Below, piece by piece: positions 16,997 to 26,837 of a DNA stretch of 64,000 nt. The stretch is taken from the sequence record LC778249.1; one strand, given 5' to 3'. Positions within the stretch are counted from its first letter, which is position 1. Every line of letters starts with the position of its first letter. Below the pieces are notes generated by a model. That model made no database searches and was not told the DNA's origin. It saw only the letters and a list, made by a program, of their open reading frames with translations. Made by a program: the position numbers and the translations under genes.

Positions 16997-17096
16997 GTGG
17001 CTACGCCACAGCGCATCGCGCTAACTCATTGATATTCTTATGGAAGATAAAATAGATTCTCATTAAAGATTTATAAGAGATTTTGTTTTGTCTTAC
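16997..17096. repeat. Dispersed intergenic element, copy 2 (diverged)
   Basis: GTGGC-tac-GCCAC hairpin, TAACTCATTGATA IHF consensus, AAGATAAAA..ATTCTCAT..AAGAT.TATAAGAGATTTT.TTTTGTCTT. Confidence 0.75.
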
Positions 17097-17099
17097 CAG

Positions 17100-17128
17100 T
17101 TTACAAACTGATCTCTTCCGTGTAGTAT
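17100..17128 (+). promoter_or_regulatory. Early promoter for 47-46
   Basis: (G)TTTACA-17-TAGTAT. Confidence 0.7.
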
Positions 17129-17156
17129 GTCGATATCATTCAACAAAGGAAACGAT

Positions 17157-18185
17157 ATGAAGATTATCATTGAAGGTGATAAGCACGTCGGGACCCAGAA
17201 AGATAGTGCTTACATGACTAACGCGATCTTGCGTGGCTCTATCTTCCTGTGTAACTATGCCAAAGAGCATGGTATCCGACACATGATACAAACTGGCGAC
17301 TGGTTCGACGTTCGTTCCGGTCTGAGTCAAGAAACGCTAAAGTTCCAGCGTGAGCAACTGACTCCGATCTATCAAGAAGCATTCGATGACATCTATGTTA
17401 TCGTAGGCAATCATGATATGCACGTTAAGGACAAAATCAGTCCTAACAGTGTTAACGAAGTGTTTCATGGCATAGAAAAGTTCCATGTTATCGAAACTCC
17501 GACCACTATCGGGTTCGCTGATACTCTGTGGGATCTGTTCCCATGGAAATGTGATGAAAATGAAAAAGAAATCGAGAAATACGCTGCCGATACCAACTCA
17601 GACTATTGCGTTGGTCACTGGGAGCTTGACGGATTCGAGTTCTACAAAGGCATTCCGTCAACCGGTGAAAGCATGGAATTCCTGAGTCGCTACAAGCAGG
17701 TATACAGCGGCCACTATCATACTTCCAGCAAGAAAGCAAACATTCATTATCTGGGAACTCCTTATACTCTGACTATGGGTGACAGCAACGAGATTCGCGG
17801 ATTCTGGGTTTTCGATACCGATACTAAGACAATCGAGTTTGTTGCAAACCCCGATATGTGGCATATCCGAGTTGATTACCGTAGTGATTTTGATCCTAAA
17901 GTCATTGACAAGTGCAAGGACAAGGTAGTAGAATTGATCATCTATGAGTTCGACGATAAGTTGGACGCTGTTATGGCTCAATTCGAAAACGTGTGCTTTG
18001 AGTTCAGACAAAAGCAGATGTATACCTTTGCTTCTGATGTTGAAGACATCACGGAGACGAAGAAAGTAATTGAGCAAATGAAAGATTACATCCAGGGGTT
18101 GGCTGTAGATGAAGACGACAAGAAAGCCGTTGATCGCTACATTCAAGAACTTTATGCCAATGCTGTTCATAGCAAAGGAGAATAA
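17157..18185 (+). CDS. 47: Recombination endonuclease subunit (Mre11/SbcD-like)
   Basis: GDKHVG, TGDWFD, VGNHD, GHWE, SGHYH. Confidence 0.95.
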   Translation: MKIIIEGDKHVGTQKDSAYMTNAILRGSIFLCNYAKEHGIRHMIQTGDWFDVRSGLSQETLKFQREQLTPIYQEAFDDIYVIVGNHDMHVKDKISPNSVNEVFHGIEKFHVIETPTTIGFADTLWDLFPWKCDENEKEIEKYAADTNSDYCVGHWELDGFEFYKGIPSTGESMEFLSRYKQVYSGHYHTSSKKANIHYLGTPYTLTMGDSNEIRGFWVFDTDTKTIEFVANPDMWHIRVDYRSDFDPKVIDKCKDKVVELIIYEFDDKLDAVMAQFENVCFEFRQKQMYTFASDVEDITETKKVIEQMKDYIQGLAVDEDDKKAVDRYIQELYANAVHSKGE

Positions 18186-20494
18186 TGGACATTTTATTCC
18201 ACTGGGTCGAGTACAAAAATATTATGTCGGTGGGCGCAAAGCCCATCCGCATCGAACTCGATCACCATAAGAAGACGCTGGTAACTGGTACTAACGGTGC
18301 AGGTAAATCTACCTTCATCGAAGCGATTACGTTCTTGCTTTACGGCAAAGCGTTTCGCGATGTTCCTAAACCGTTGCTTGTCAACAGTCATAACAAAAAA
18401 GGCCTTCACGTTGAAGGCGAGATTTCAGTCGGCAAAGACAAATATCATATTGTCCGCGGCATCAAGCCGAACGTGCTGAAAATCACCAAGAACGGTGAAG
18501 ATCTAAAAGAAGTTGCTAGTGCCACAGAATATCAAGCATATTTCGAGGAGAAATTGCTGGGTATCAGCTATGACAGCTTCAAACAGATCATTGTTCTGGG
18601 TACTGCTGGCTATAAGCCATTCATGGAACTGCCTGCTGGTAAGCGTCGCGAACTCGTTGAGGATCTGCTTGATGTCTCTGTTATCGGCGAAATGGATAAG
18701 CAAAACAAAGCGTTGATCAAAGAGTTGAAAGGACAACAAGATCAAAATAAAGCCATGCTTGCCTCTGCCGAAAGCGAACGCGCAACTGCTGAATCTGCTA
18801 TCGAAGCACAGAAGAAACAAACCGGGATGCTTGTCAACGTTTTGGTGACTAATTTCCGTTCTGATATTGATCGCGCTAAAACATCGAAAGATTTGGCGAA
18901 TATAAATCAGGAGAAGATTGACAACGCAGTTGAACCCGTGTATGACGAAACTGCCGAACGAGAAATAATTGCGAAATATCAGCCGCAGGCTCTTATTGAA
19001 CAACTTGCGACTCTGAGTGAGCAGCGTAACAACGACATCGCGGATATCAATTCGGACATTGCTTGTCTCCAACTAGATCAACCGTTCGATTGTGCTTTGG
19101 ATCACGATGTTGGTGAGTTGGAGAAATCTAAGCCAACTGATGACGATCTTCGCGCTGCAACTGCACTGGTGCCTATTCCAGATGAACTTGTGATTCAAGA
19201 CGTCGCCGAACCGGTTGCAGTTGATTATACCAACGAGAAATTCAAGCTGGACAATACCGCTTGGGATATTCGCGGTAAAATATCTGCACTTCAAGAACGT
19301 AAAAAGTTCTTCGAGAAAGGTGGCGCGTGTCCTACTTGCGGTACTGATTGTTCGTCTCATGCAGATCATAGCATCGAGGAACTTGATTCTGACATCGAGA
19401 AACTGGAAGCCGAGCTGGCTGTTATCTCTGATGAAACATCTCGGTTAACTTCCTATGAGCTGAACTATAAGCGAGAACTTGCGGCATATAATCAGATCAT
19501 TGAACAGAATCGAGAAGCTGAACGAGATTACGAGCGAGCCACCGCAAGATATGCGCAACAGTGTCGGAATTTGAGTGAAAATCACCACGCGACAATTGCA
19601 TTCATCGACAAGCAGATCTCGGAAATGACGCTCAATCATGAGCGCCAGAAAGTGTCGTATAACGAGCGCCTTAACGGTCTATACGAAAAGAAACGACACA
19701 TCGAGGCTACATACGAGAAAGCTAAGGACGCGCTCCAACGTCGGATTGATAGTATTGGAGACGAACGGGATGCCAAGATCGCCGAACTGAAATCAAATTT
19801 CAGCTCGACACTAGCTGCGCATCGTGCTAATCTTGAAATGTTGGCTATGAATGTTAAGACCAACATGGAAACGTATGAAGAAGCGGCAAATCGTGCAAAA
19901 GATTTGAAAAAACAGATTGACGAGTTGAACGCTACAGAGTATGATACTTCCAAGCTTGAAGAGATTGAAAGTCGCATCGAAGAGATCAAGTCTGGCATTG
20001 CCGACATTGTTCTTGAGTTGCACCGCCGTTCAATCGTGGCTGATATGTTGAAAGACAACGGCGTAAAAGCCCATATTGTTAAACGCTATATACCAGTGTT
20101 CAACAAGAAGATCAACGACTACTTGAAAGCGTTGGGTGCGGATTATGTGTTCGCATTGGACGAAGGATTCAATGAATCAATCAAGTCTCGCGGTCGAGAA
20201 GAATTCTGTTATGCTTCCTTCTCGGAAGGGGAGAAAGCACGAATTAATCTTAGTTTGTTGTTTACATGGCGAGACGTTAGCAGTATGATCAGTGGTGTTA
20301 ATATCAACTTGCTTTGCATGGATGAGGTTTTCGACGGTAGTTGTGATGAAGCTGGCATTGTAGGCATTAACAAAATGCTCAATGACATGAAATCCAACAT
20401 CATCGTCATATCGCACCGCAAAGACGCGATGGACGACAGCTTTGATCGCCACATTCGTATGCAAAAGCAAGGTCGCTTTACTACGATGGTGTAA
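18185..20494 (+). CDS. 46: Recombination ATPase (Rad50/SbcC-like), elongated
   Basis: GTNGAGKS, CPTC hook, FSEGEKAR, MDEVFDGS. Confidence 0.95.
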   Translation: MDILFHWVEYKNIMSVGAKPIRIELDHHKKTLVTGTNGAGKSTFIEAITFLLYGKAFRDVPKPLLVNSHNKKGLHVEGEISVGKDKYHIVRGIKPNVLKITKNGEDLKEVASATEYQAYFEEKLLGISYDSFKQIIVLGTAGYKPFMELPAGKRRELVEDLLDVSVIGEMDKQNKALIKELKGQQDQNKAMLASAESERATAESAIEAQKKQTGMLVNVLVTNFRSDIDRAKTSKDLANINQEKIDNAVEPVYDETAEREIIAKYQPQALIEQLATLSEQRNNDIADINSDIACLQLDQPFDCALDHDVGELEKSKPTDDDLRAATALVPIPDELVIQDVAEPVAVDYTNEKFKLDNTAWDIRGKISALQERKKFFEKGGACPTCGTDCSSHADHSIEELDSDIEKLEAELAVISDETSRLTSYELNYKRELAAYNQIIEQNREAERDYERATARYAQQCRNLSENHHATIAFIDKQISEMTLNHERQKVSYNERLNGLYEKKRHIEATYEKAKDALQRRIDSIGDERDAKIAELKSNFSSTLAAHRANLEMLAMNVKTNMETYEEAANRAKDLKKQIDELNATEYDTSKLEEIESRIEEIKSGIADIVLELHRRSIVADMLKDNGVKAHIVKRYIPVFNKKINDYLKALGADYVFALDEGFNESIKSRGREEFCYASFSEGEKARINLSLLFTWRDVSSMISGVNINLLCMDEVFDGSCDEAGIVGINKMLNDMKSNIIVISHRKDAMDDSFDRHIRMQKQGRFTTMV

Positions 20495-20495
20495 A

Positions 20496-20672
20496 ATGTT
20501 CGACAACATAGCCGACGTGTATCCAGATGTTGAATTCTGGATACTGTCAAACAAACAAATGGAGCATGAAGTCAAGGCTACCTATCAACAACTGGTAGCC
20601 GCATTCGGAGAAGAACGTCTAACTAGGATCATCAACAATTTCGATCCTTATTGTATAGCTTGGAAAGAATGA
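20496..20672 (+). CDS. 45.2: gp45.2-like protein
   Basis: EFWILS..NFDPYCIAW; synteny. Confidence 0.75.
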   Translation: MFDNIADVYPDVEFWILSNKQMEHEVKATYQQLVAAFGEERLTRIINNFDPYCIAWKE

Positions 20673-20689
20673 CTGACCGAATAATCCTC

Positions 20690-20751
20690 ACACTGCTTTC
20701 GCCAATCATTTTGATAATAGTTCTTTACTTATGGCTAAAGCAGTGTATAAT
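20690..20751 (+). promoter_or_regulatory. Promoter overlapped by 15-bp inverted repeat
   Basis: TTTACT-16-TATAAT; 20690-704/20732-46 with one mismatch. Confidence 0.65.
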
Positions 20752-20826
20752 GACCAACACTAGAGACAACAAGCGTTTGTGTCTCGGATTGAAACGATAT
20801 CTTACATACTTAATAGGATTTACAAA

Positions 20827-21111
20827 ATGACCGACGTGACTCTGAAAACTGCCTCCGCTGCCTACTTCTACCAGAACCTGGCTCGCAAGTCTTGGACTGC
20901 ACTCATGAGCCAAGCTGACCGTGACCGTCTGCAATGTCTGGAGCGTGATGTTCGTTTCGATCTGTATAAAGAATTTGACCAGGACGTAATCGATAACGCT
21001 ATGCGTCTGTCCGAAAACTTCCGCAAAGAGAATCTGAACTGCAAGCGTGATTTCACCGAGTTCTTCGCTGATGCTGCTGCCGTTGTTTACTCCGAGTGGA
21101 AAGCCGCTTAA
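20827..21111 (+). CDS. rpbA: Probable RpbA RNA-polymerase-binding protein
   Basis: Position between 45.2 and 45; AYFYQNLARKSWTALM resembles T4 RpbA. Confidence 0.55.
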   Translation: MTDVTLKTASAAYFYQNLARKSWTALMSQADRDRLQCLERDVRFDLYKEFDQDVIDNAMRLSENFRKENLNCKRDFTEFFADAAAVVYSEWKAA

Positions 21112-21143
21112 ACTAAAGACCTGTAATGAACTGAGGAATTAAA

Positions 21144-21818
21144 ATGCAACTGAGTAAAGAAACCGTAGAAATCCTGTCCAATTTCGCAAAAATCAACCCG
21201 TCTGTTGTTCTGAAACCGGGTACTTTCATCAACACCAAGAGCGTGAATAACGTTCTGTATGCTGAGAGCACTATCAAGGATCAGATTGATAGCGAGCTGC
21301 GAATCTACAGTCTGGGCGAGTTTCTGGGTGTCGCAATGATGGTGGGTCTGCCAGCACAAGTTACCGAAGACGGTGAATATATCGTCGTGAAGAATGCTTC
21401 CGGTGGTCGTGCGATGGCTAAAATCAAGATGGCAGAAGCGGGTACAATTACCCATCCGAAGAAAGCAATCACTTTCCCGACTGCTTCTGTTGTGTTCGAA
21501 CTGACCGAAGACCAGATTAAGCAAATCGGCAAGTCTGCTTCTACTATGTCCCTGGTAGATCTGCACTTTGTCAACGACGGTCGCAAGATCCTGGCTCGAC
21601 TGACTGGTGGCGAGACCAACAGCAACACCTTTGAGATTGCTATTGCTGACGACTACGAAGGTGCCGATGCTAACTTTGATTTTATCGTGTCTATCGGTAA
21701 TCTCAAGATGATCGATGGCAAATACAAAGTGATGATCGCTAAAGAAGGCGCAATTCGTTTCGAAGGCACTTCCAATTACGTGATTGCACTCGACGCCAAA
21801 TCCAAATACGCTGTTTAA
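21144..21818 (+). CDS. 45: Sliding clamp
   Basis: MQLSKETVEILSNFAKINPS..; synteny. Confidence 0.95.
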   Translation: MQLSKETVEILSNFAKINPSVVLKPGTFINTKSVNNVLYAESTIKDQIDSELRIYSLGEFLGVAMMVGLPAQVTEDGEYIVVKNASGGRAMAKIKMAEAGTITHPKKAITFPTASVVFELTEDQIKQIGKSASTMSLVDLHFVNDGRKILARLTGGETNSNTFEIAIADDYEGADANFDFIVSIGNLKMIDGKYKVMIAKEGAIRFEGTSNYVIALDAKSKYAV

Positions 21819-21827
21819 CTGAGTTCG

Positions 21828-21878
21828 GGGAGGCTTGACCTCCCCACTTAGAATAGTTTATAATACAAGATATTCTAA
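21828..21878 (+). promoter_or_regulatory. Promoter for 44-62-regA with two hairpins
   Basis: TTGACC-18-TATAAT; GGGGAGG/CCTCCCC and TTAGAATA/TATTCTAA. Confidence 0.55.
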
Positions 21879-21909
21879 ACTGTTTTACCCATGCACTGAG
21901 AGACATAAA

Positions 21910-22878
21910 ATGACTGTTGTAACTGTATCTGATCCAAAAGAATTCATGTGGGAACAAAAATATCGTCCCGCACTTATCTCCGAATGTATTCTTCCAGACG
22001 CTGATGCCGAACGTTTTCGTGGCATTGTTGCGAGTGGTCGAATTCCTCATATTCTCCTCTTCTCCAAGAGTCCGGGCACTGGTAAAACTACCATGGCACG
22101 TGTTCTGTGTAATGAGATCGACGCCGAAGTTATGTTTATCTCCGGTGGCAAACTGCGCATTGACGATTTGCGTAATGATCTGACAAACTTCGCTTCTACC
22201 ATGACAAGCAAGCCGGGTGGCAAAGTTATCATCATCGACGAAGGTGATAACAAGGGTATGAAAGCTGTTCATGAAGAACTCCGTTCTTGGATGGAAGCGT
22301 TTAGCTCTAACTGCTCTGTGATCATGACATGTAACAACGTTGAAGCGATTCCGGCTCCGCTGAAATCTCGATTCCGTCAAGTTGAGTTCGGTAATCCGAC
22401 TGCAAACGACAAAATTCGAATGATGAAAGAAATGATCGTTCGATGCGAAAAGATTTGCGAAATGGAAGGCGTTGTTGTAGAATCTCGTAAAGCTATCGCC
22501 GCATTGGTTAAACAGAATTTTCCTGATGTTCGCGGTACAATCACAACCCTAGATAGTTATGCAAAATCTGGTAAGATTGATGAAGGCGTTTTGACTAAAG
22601 CGACTCAGGCAGTCGAGGACATGAATGACGTTGTTACCATGCTCAAGAATAAAAAGCTTGGTGATATTCGAGCACTTGTTCCGAAGTTTACCGTCGATTA
22701 TGATAGCTTTATCACAAAGCTGTATGAACGTCTGTTCTTGGAAATCAAGCCGACAAGTATTCGCATGATGATCAAATATATCGCTGAAAATCAGAAGTTC
22801 GCGAACGATATCCCGAATATGGAAATCCATCTGTTCGATCTGCTTGCTGATTTGAGCATGGAAATGGAGTGGAAGTAA
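21910..22878 (+). CDS. 44: Clamp loader large subunit
   Basis: WEQKYRP, SPGTGKTT, IIDE, SRF. Confidence 0.95.
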   Translation: MTVVTVSDPKEFMWEQKYRPALISECILPDADAERFRGIVASGRIPHILLFSKSPGTGKTTMARVLCNEIDAEVMFISGGKLRIDDLRNDLTNFASTMTSKPGGKVIIIDEGDNKGMKAVHEELRSWMEAFSSNCSVIMTCNNVEAIPAPLKSRFRQVEFGNPTANDKIRMMKEMIVRCEKICEMEGVVVESRKAIAALVKQNFPDVRGTITTLDSYAKSGKIDEGVLTKATQAVEDMNDVVTMLKNKKLGDIRALVPKFTVDYDSFITKLYERLFLEIKPTSIRMMIKYIAENQKFANDIPNMEIHLFDLLADLSMEMEWK

Positions 22879-22879
22879 A

Positions 22880-23461
22880 ATGAGCTTAGCCGCGTTTCTT
22901 GATGAAGAAGATCTAAACGAACACGAAATCGCATGGCGTTCCAGAGATTGGGACGCTGTTAAAGAATTGAGCAAGCAGTTTAAAGTTCCTGCCGAGCAAA
23001 GCTTGTTCGTGATTATCGACAACGTTACCAAGAAGCTAGGCCACGGCACTGTTGATCGTTTCAGCGATTACGATCAACATATGATCAATAACGCGCTATC
23101 GCAGCACGTTACAATGAGTGGTTATGCTTCCGAGCTTAACAGTATGGAAGGCTTTATTTCAGATCAAATGCATTATGATTATATGTATTTCACGATCAGA
23201 CAATGCAGTCTACCAAAGGTAAAATTCGCCAAGATAACTGGCGACTGGGAACTTCGTGCATTCGAATATCTTGTTTCTGAGTATTACGAAGTTTCCATTT
23301 CGAGAGCTAGAGAATACATCGCGAGCTTTACGGAAGAACAAATTAGTCGGCTAAAGAAAATGTTTTCTCCGACTGTAATTGATGCCAACGCACCGTGCTT
23401 GGCAATGATCCCAACAAAAACTGAGCGTGAAAAGATTCAACGCGCAATTCGTTCATGGTAA
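22880..23461 (+). CDS. 62: Clamp loader small subunit
   Basis: MINNALSQH..QMHYDY; synteny. Confidence 0.9.
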   Translation: MSLAAFLDEEDLNEHEIAWRSRDWDAVKELSKQFKVPAEQSLFVIIDNVTKKLGHGTVDRFSDYDQHMINNALSQHVTMSGYASELNSMEGFISDQMHYDYMYFTIRQCSLPKVKFAKITGDWELRAFEYLVSEYYEVSISRAREYIASFTEEQISRLKKMFSPTVIDANAPCLAMIPTKTEREKIQRAIRSW

Positions 23462-23473
23462 GGAATATTGAAA

Positions 23474-23836
23474 ATGATGCTGCAAATTAAACTGAAAACT
23501 GATGATGATTTTCTGAAAATCCGCGAGACTCTGACCCGTATCGGTATCGCTAACAACGTGGCAAAGAAGCTGTATCAAAGCTGCCACATTCTGCAAAAGC
23601 AAGGCAAGTATTACATCGTTCACTTCAAGGAACTGCTCCAACTTGATGGTCGTCAGGTAGAGATCAGTCAAGAAGACATCGACCGTCGTAATGACATCGC
23701 TACTCTGTTGCAAGAATGGAATATGTGTGAAATCGTCAGTGATCAAGTTGCCCCTGGCAATAACTTCTTCCGAGTTATCTCTCACAAAGACAAGCACAAC
23801 TGGACACTGATTCACAAGTATAAGTTCGGTATGTAA
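23474..23836 (+). CDS. regA: Translational repressor RegA
   Basis: DDFLKIRETLTRIGIAN..LYQSCHILQKQGKYYIVHFKELL.LDG. Confidence 0.97.
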   Translation: MMLQIKLKTDDDFLKIRETLTRIGIANNVAKKLYQSCHILQKQGKYYIVHFKELLQLDGRQVEISQEDIDRRNDIATLLQEWNMCEIVSDQVAPGNNFFRVISHKDKHNWTLIHKYKFGM

Positions 23837-23844
23837 TTCTTCTG

Positions 23845-23882
23845 TGCCCTTAGTTGACAACAACCGAGGGCACATCTATAAT
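23845..23882 (+). promoter_or_regulatory. Gene 43 promoter within a hairpin
   Basis: TTGACA-17-TATAAT; GTGCCCT/AGGGCAC. Confidence 0.75.
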
Positions 23883-23909
23883 CAGCTTTCAATTCGTGAG
23901 AGGCATATT

Positions 23910-24038
23910 ATGGATGTTTTACTCAAGATGCGACCCCTGAAAGGCGCACTGACAAGAGGTAAGAAGTTTGTTTTATACCAACATAGCAATTCAAGGCAAT
24001 ACCGTTCTGGAAAGATACATCGACGATGCGGGTGTTAG
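23910..24038 (+). CDS. Possible 42-aa leader ORF overlapping the gene 43 start
   Basis: GAGAGG SD 6 nt before ATG 23910. Confidence 0.35.
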   Translation: MDVLLKMRPLKGALTRGKKFVLYQHSNSRQYRSGKIHRRCGC

Positions 24039-26727
24039 TCGCAGTCGTAAAGTGACCTTTGGTCCAACGATGTATAAGCATAGCCCACAAGGCGAAATGA
24101 AAGATATCTACGGCAAGCGAGCAACTGCGGTCGAGTTCAACACGATTAGCGATTGTCGCAAGTGGATGAAGGATATGCGCGATATCAACCGAGAGCCTTT
24201 GGGTATGGATGATTTCGTTCTGCAATATCTTTATCATACATACAGCGGTCCTGTTTCGTTCAACTATGAACAGATCGACATCGCATTTGTGGATATCGAG
24301 GTGCCGACTGATGGCCCGTTCCCTGAGCCGCATATTTGCGATTGGGAGATTGATGGGATCTGTCACTATAGCACCAGACGCAAAAAGTATTACCTGTTCA
24401 CAACTCGTCCATGGGATGCATCTAAATCGATGCTCGACAAAGATCACAAGGGTTTGCCGTGTGACCTGCTTGACCGAGTTGAATATGTGTTCTGTTCCAG
24501 TGAAAAGGAACTGTTGGTCAAATATCTTAAATTCTTCCGCGATCATACTCCTGATGTTTTCTCGGGTTGGAACTCTGAAATGTTCGACTTGCGGTACATC
24601 GTTAATCGATATCGCAAAGTTCTTGGCGACGTATATGCTAACAAGCTGAGTCCCTGGGATCAGATCATCGAGCGTACTATTTTCAAGGACAAAGATTCCG
24701 ACGAAGAAGAAGACGAAGAGATTATAACTTATGAACTGCTCGGCATTGCATGTGTCGATTACATGGCAGCTTATAAGAAATTCACGTTCAAGACTCGACC
24801 ATCGTATAAGTTGGATTATATCGGTCAAGTTGAACTCGGTATGAGAAAAATGGAACTGACAGAAAAGACCTATTTGGCTTTCAGTCAGAAAAATCCACAA
24901 GCTTATATTGATTACTTGATTCGAGACGTTGATTTGTTGGTGAAACTGGATGCGCGTTTGTCGTTGTTCCACCTGATCTTGAGTGTAAGTTATTACGCAA
25001 AGATCAACTACAACAACACATTCAGTCCACTGAAAACGTGGGACGCTATTATCCACAATAGTCTGCATGTTCAAGGCATCGTCGTACCAGAGAACAAGCG
25101 CACTTCCAAGAAGAAGTACGCGGGCGCATATGTCAAAGACCCGGTGACCGCATTCTACCGCTGGATTCTGAGTTTTGACTTGACATCCCTGTATCCACAC
25201 ATTATCATGGGTTGGAATATTAGTCCAGAGACTATTATTGACCAGTTTGAAATGCCTTCTATCTTTGTGAAAGATCGCATGGTACCAGATGTACTTGGCA
25301 CTGGACTTGTCGATAAGAAGATGATCGTTCCACATAATGGTCATTCATTCGCTGCTAACGGGATGCGTTATAGCAAAGAAAAACGCGGCATTATCCCAAC
25401 TGAAATCGAGAAGGTGTTCCTGCAACGTAAAGCAGCGAAGAACGCAGAATTTACTGCCGACAAGATCGCTACCGTTGCGTATGACATTCTGATTGGTCGA
25501 AAAGACAAAGGAGAAGCTGACAAACCAGCATTCTTTGATCCGAAGACAATCGATCTGTCAATGAAAGGTGCAGCACTCGAACAGTTCAAAGATGATCTGT
25601 TGGGCTATAGTAACGAATCACTAAACAGCGTCGTTGATTACTGCCGCTTTATGGAAAAGCTGGAGAACGTAAACCAGCAAGCTCGTAAGGTACTGATCAA
25701 CTCACTTTATGGTGCATTGGGTAACGAGCACTTCCGTTATTATGACGTTCGAAACGCAGAAGCGATTACCATGAGTGGTCAGTTTGCGATTCGCTGGATC
25801 ATGCGGAAGATGAACGAATACATGAACGCGCTGTGCCAGACTGAAAACGTTGATTATGTTGTGTATGGTGATACCGACTCAATCTATCTTACCTTTGAAC
25901 GTTTCGTTAATCTGATGGCTGCTAAGAAAGGCATCCAAGTCGGTGACATCGAGACAATTCGCTGGGTAGATTTTCTGTCTAAGTTCGCTAAAGAGAAATG
26001 CGAGCCGTACATCGACCAGAGTTATCGAGAACTGGCTGAGTATGTGAACTGCTTCGATCATAAGTTGTTCATGGACCGAGAGATCATCGCTGATACTGCT
26101 TTCTGGACTGCTAAGAAGCGTTATGCCGCTAACGTATGGGACTCAGAAGGTAAACGTAAGCTTGACGAACACGGCAACGTTGTTCCTAAGCTGAAAATTA
26201 TGGGTATCGAAACTCAACGTTCTAGCACACCTCCATTTGCTGGCAAATCGCTTGAGAAGAGTATCAAGCTAATCCTTACTAAAGGTGAAGCTGCCCTACA
26301 AGACTATGTTGCGGAAGTGAAGGCCGAGTATCCAAAGCGCGATTATCGCGAACTTGCGAGTGTGTCTAGTGCGAACAACATAGAAAAGAATCATCACAAC
26401 TGGGTCCCGCTGAAAGGATGTCCTGGGCATATCAAGGGTGCGCTTGCGTACAACAAGACTGCCGAGCGTCTGAATTGCGATATGATTCGAAGTGGTGAGA
26501 AAATCCAGATTGTTTATCTGAGAGAGCCGAATCACATTCAATCACCAATCTTGGCATTCCCGAGTGGTGAAAAGATTCCTGATGATTTCAATCTCGATCT
26601 TGACAAATACATGGATTATATGGGCATGTATCAGAAGCACTATTTGAAACCGTTGGAGAATATCTGTAACGCAATCGGATGGGAGACTGAGAAGAAAGCC
26701 AGCTTGATGGATCTTTTCGACTTCTGA
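23968..26727 (+). CDS. 43: Family B DNA polymerase (unsplit, TTG start)
   Basis: GAGGT SD; DIE, FDLTSLYP, INSLYG, YGDTDS. Confidence 0.98.
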   Translation: MFYTNIAIQGNTVLERYIDDAGVSRSRKVTFGPTMYKHSPQGEMKDIYGKRATAVEFNTISDCRKWMKDMRDINREPLGMDDFVLQYLYHTYSGPVSFNYEQIDIAFVDIEVPTDGPFPEPHICDWEIDGICHYSTRRKKYYLFTTRPWDASKSMLDKDHKGLPCDLLDRVEYVFCSSEKELLVKYLKFFRDHTPDVFSGWNSEMFDLRYIVNRYRKVLGDVYANKLSPWDQIIERTIFKDKDSDEEEDEEIITYELLGIACVDYMAAYKKFTFKTRPSYKLDYIGQVELGMRKMELTEKTYLAFSQKNPQAYIDYLIRDVDLLVKLDARLSLFHLILSVSYYAKINYNNTFSPLKTWDAIIHNSLHVQGIVVPENKRTSKKKYAGAYVKDPVTAFYRWILSFDLTSLYPHIIMGWNISPETIIDQFEMPSIFVKDRMVPDVLGTGLVDKKMIVPHNGHSFAANGMRYSKEKRGIIPTEIEKVFLQRKAAKNAEFTADKIATVAYDILIGRKDKGEADKPAFFDPKTIDLSMKGAALEQFKDDLLGYSNESLNSVVDYCRFMEKLENVNQQARKVLINSLYGALGNEHFRYYDVRNAEAITMSGQFAIRWIMRKMNEYMNALCQTENVDYVVYGDTDSIYLTFERFVNLMAAKKGIQVGDIETIRWVDFLSKFAKEKCEPYIDQSYRELAEYVNCFDHKLFMDREIIADTAFWTAKKRYAANVWDSEGKRKLDEHGNVVPKLKIMGIETQRSSTPPFAGKSLEKSIKLILTKGEAALQDYVAEVKAEYPKRDYRELASVSSANNIEKNHHNWVPLKGCPGHIKGALAYNKTAERLNCDMIRSGEKIQIVYLREPNHIQSPILAFPSGEKIPDDFNLDLDKYMDYMGMYQKHYLKPLENICNAIGWETEKKASLMDLFDF

Positions 26728-26729
26728 TG

Positions 26730-26764
26730 TTTATCCGCTTCTGGGGCTATGCGATAATAGCCCC
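26730..26764 (+). promoter_or_regulatory. uvsX promoter, -10 in hairpin loop
   Basis: TTTATC-17-GATAAT; GGGGCTAT/ATAGCCCC. Confidence 0.6.
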
Positions 26765-26837
26765 ATAACTTTATGAGGTGAAAAATAAATCCTGTTTCGT
26801 TATGACTTAAATCGTAACTAAAGGATAAAACTGTAAA

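Noticed and set aside
23923-25344. 473-aa - strand ORF opposite gene 43 (also 27177-28010, 38466-39656, 40069-41091 and many shorter ones)
   Set aside because: Antisense shadows of well-supported + strand genes caused by codon bias; no SD or promoter context and no recognisable motifs.
23968-26727. Split DNA polymerase (43A/43B)
   Set aside because: One continuous ORF through the fingers domain.
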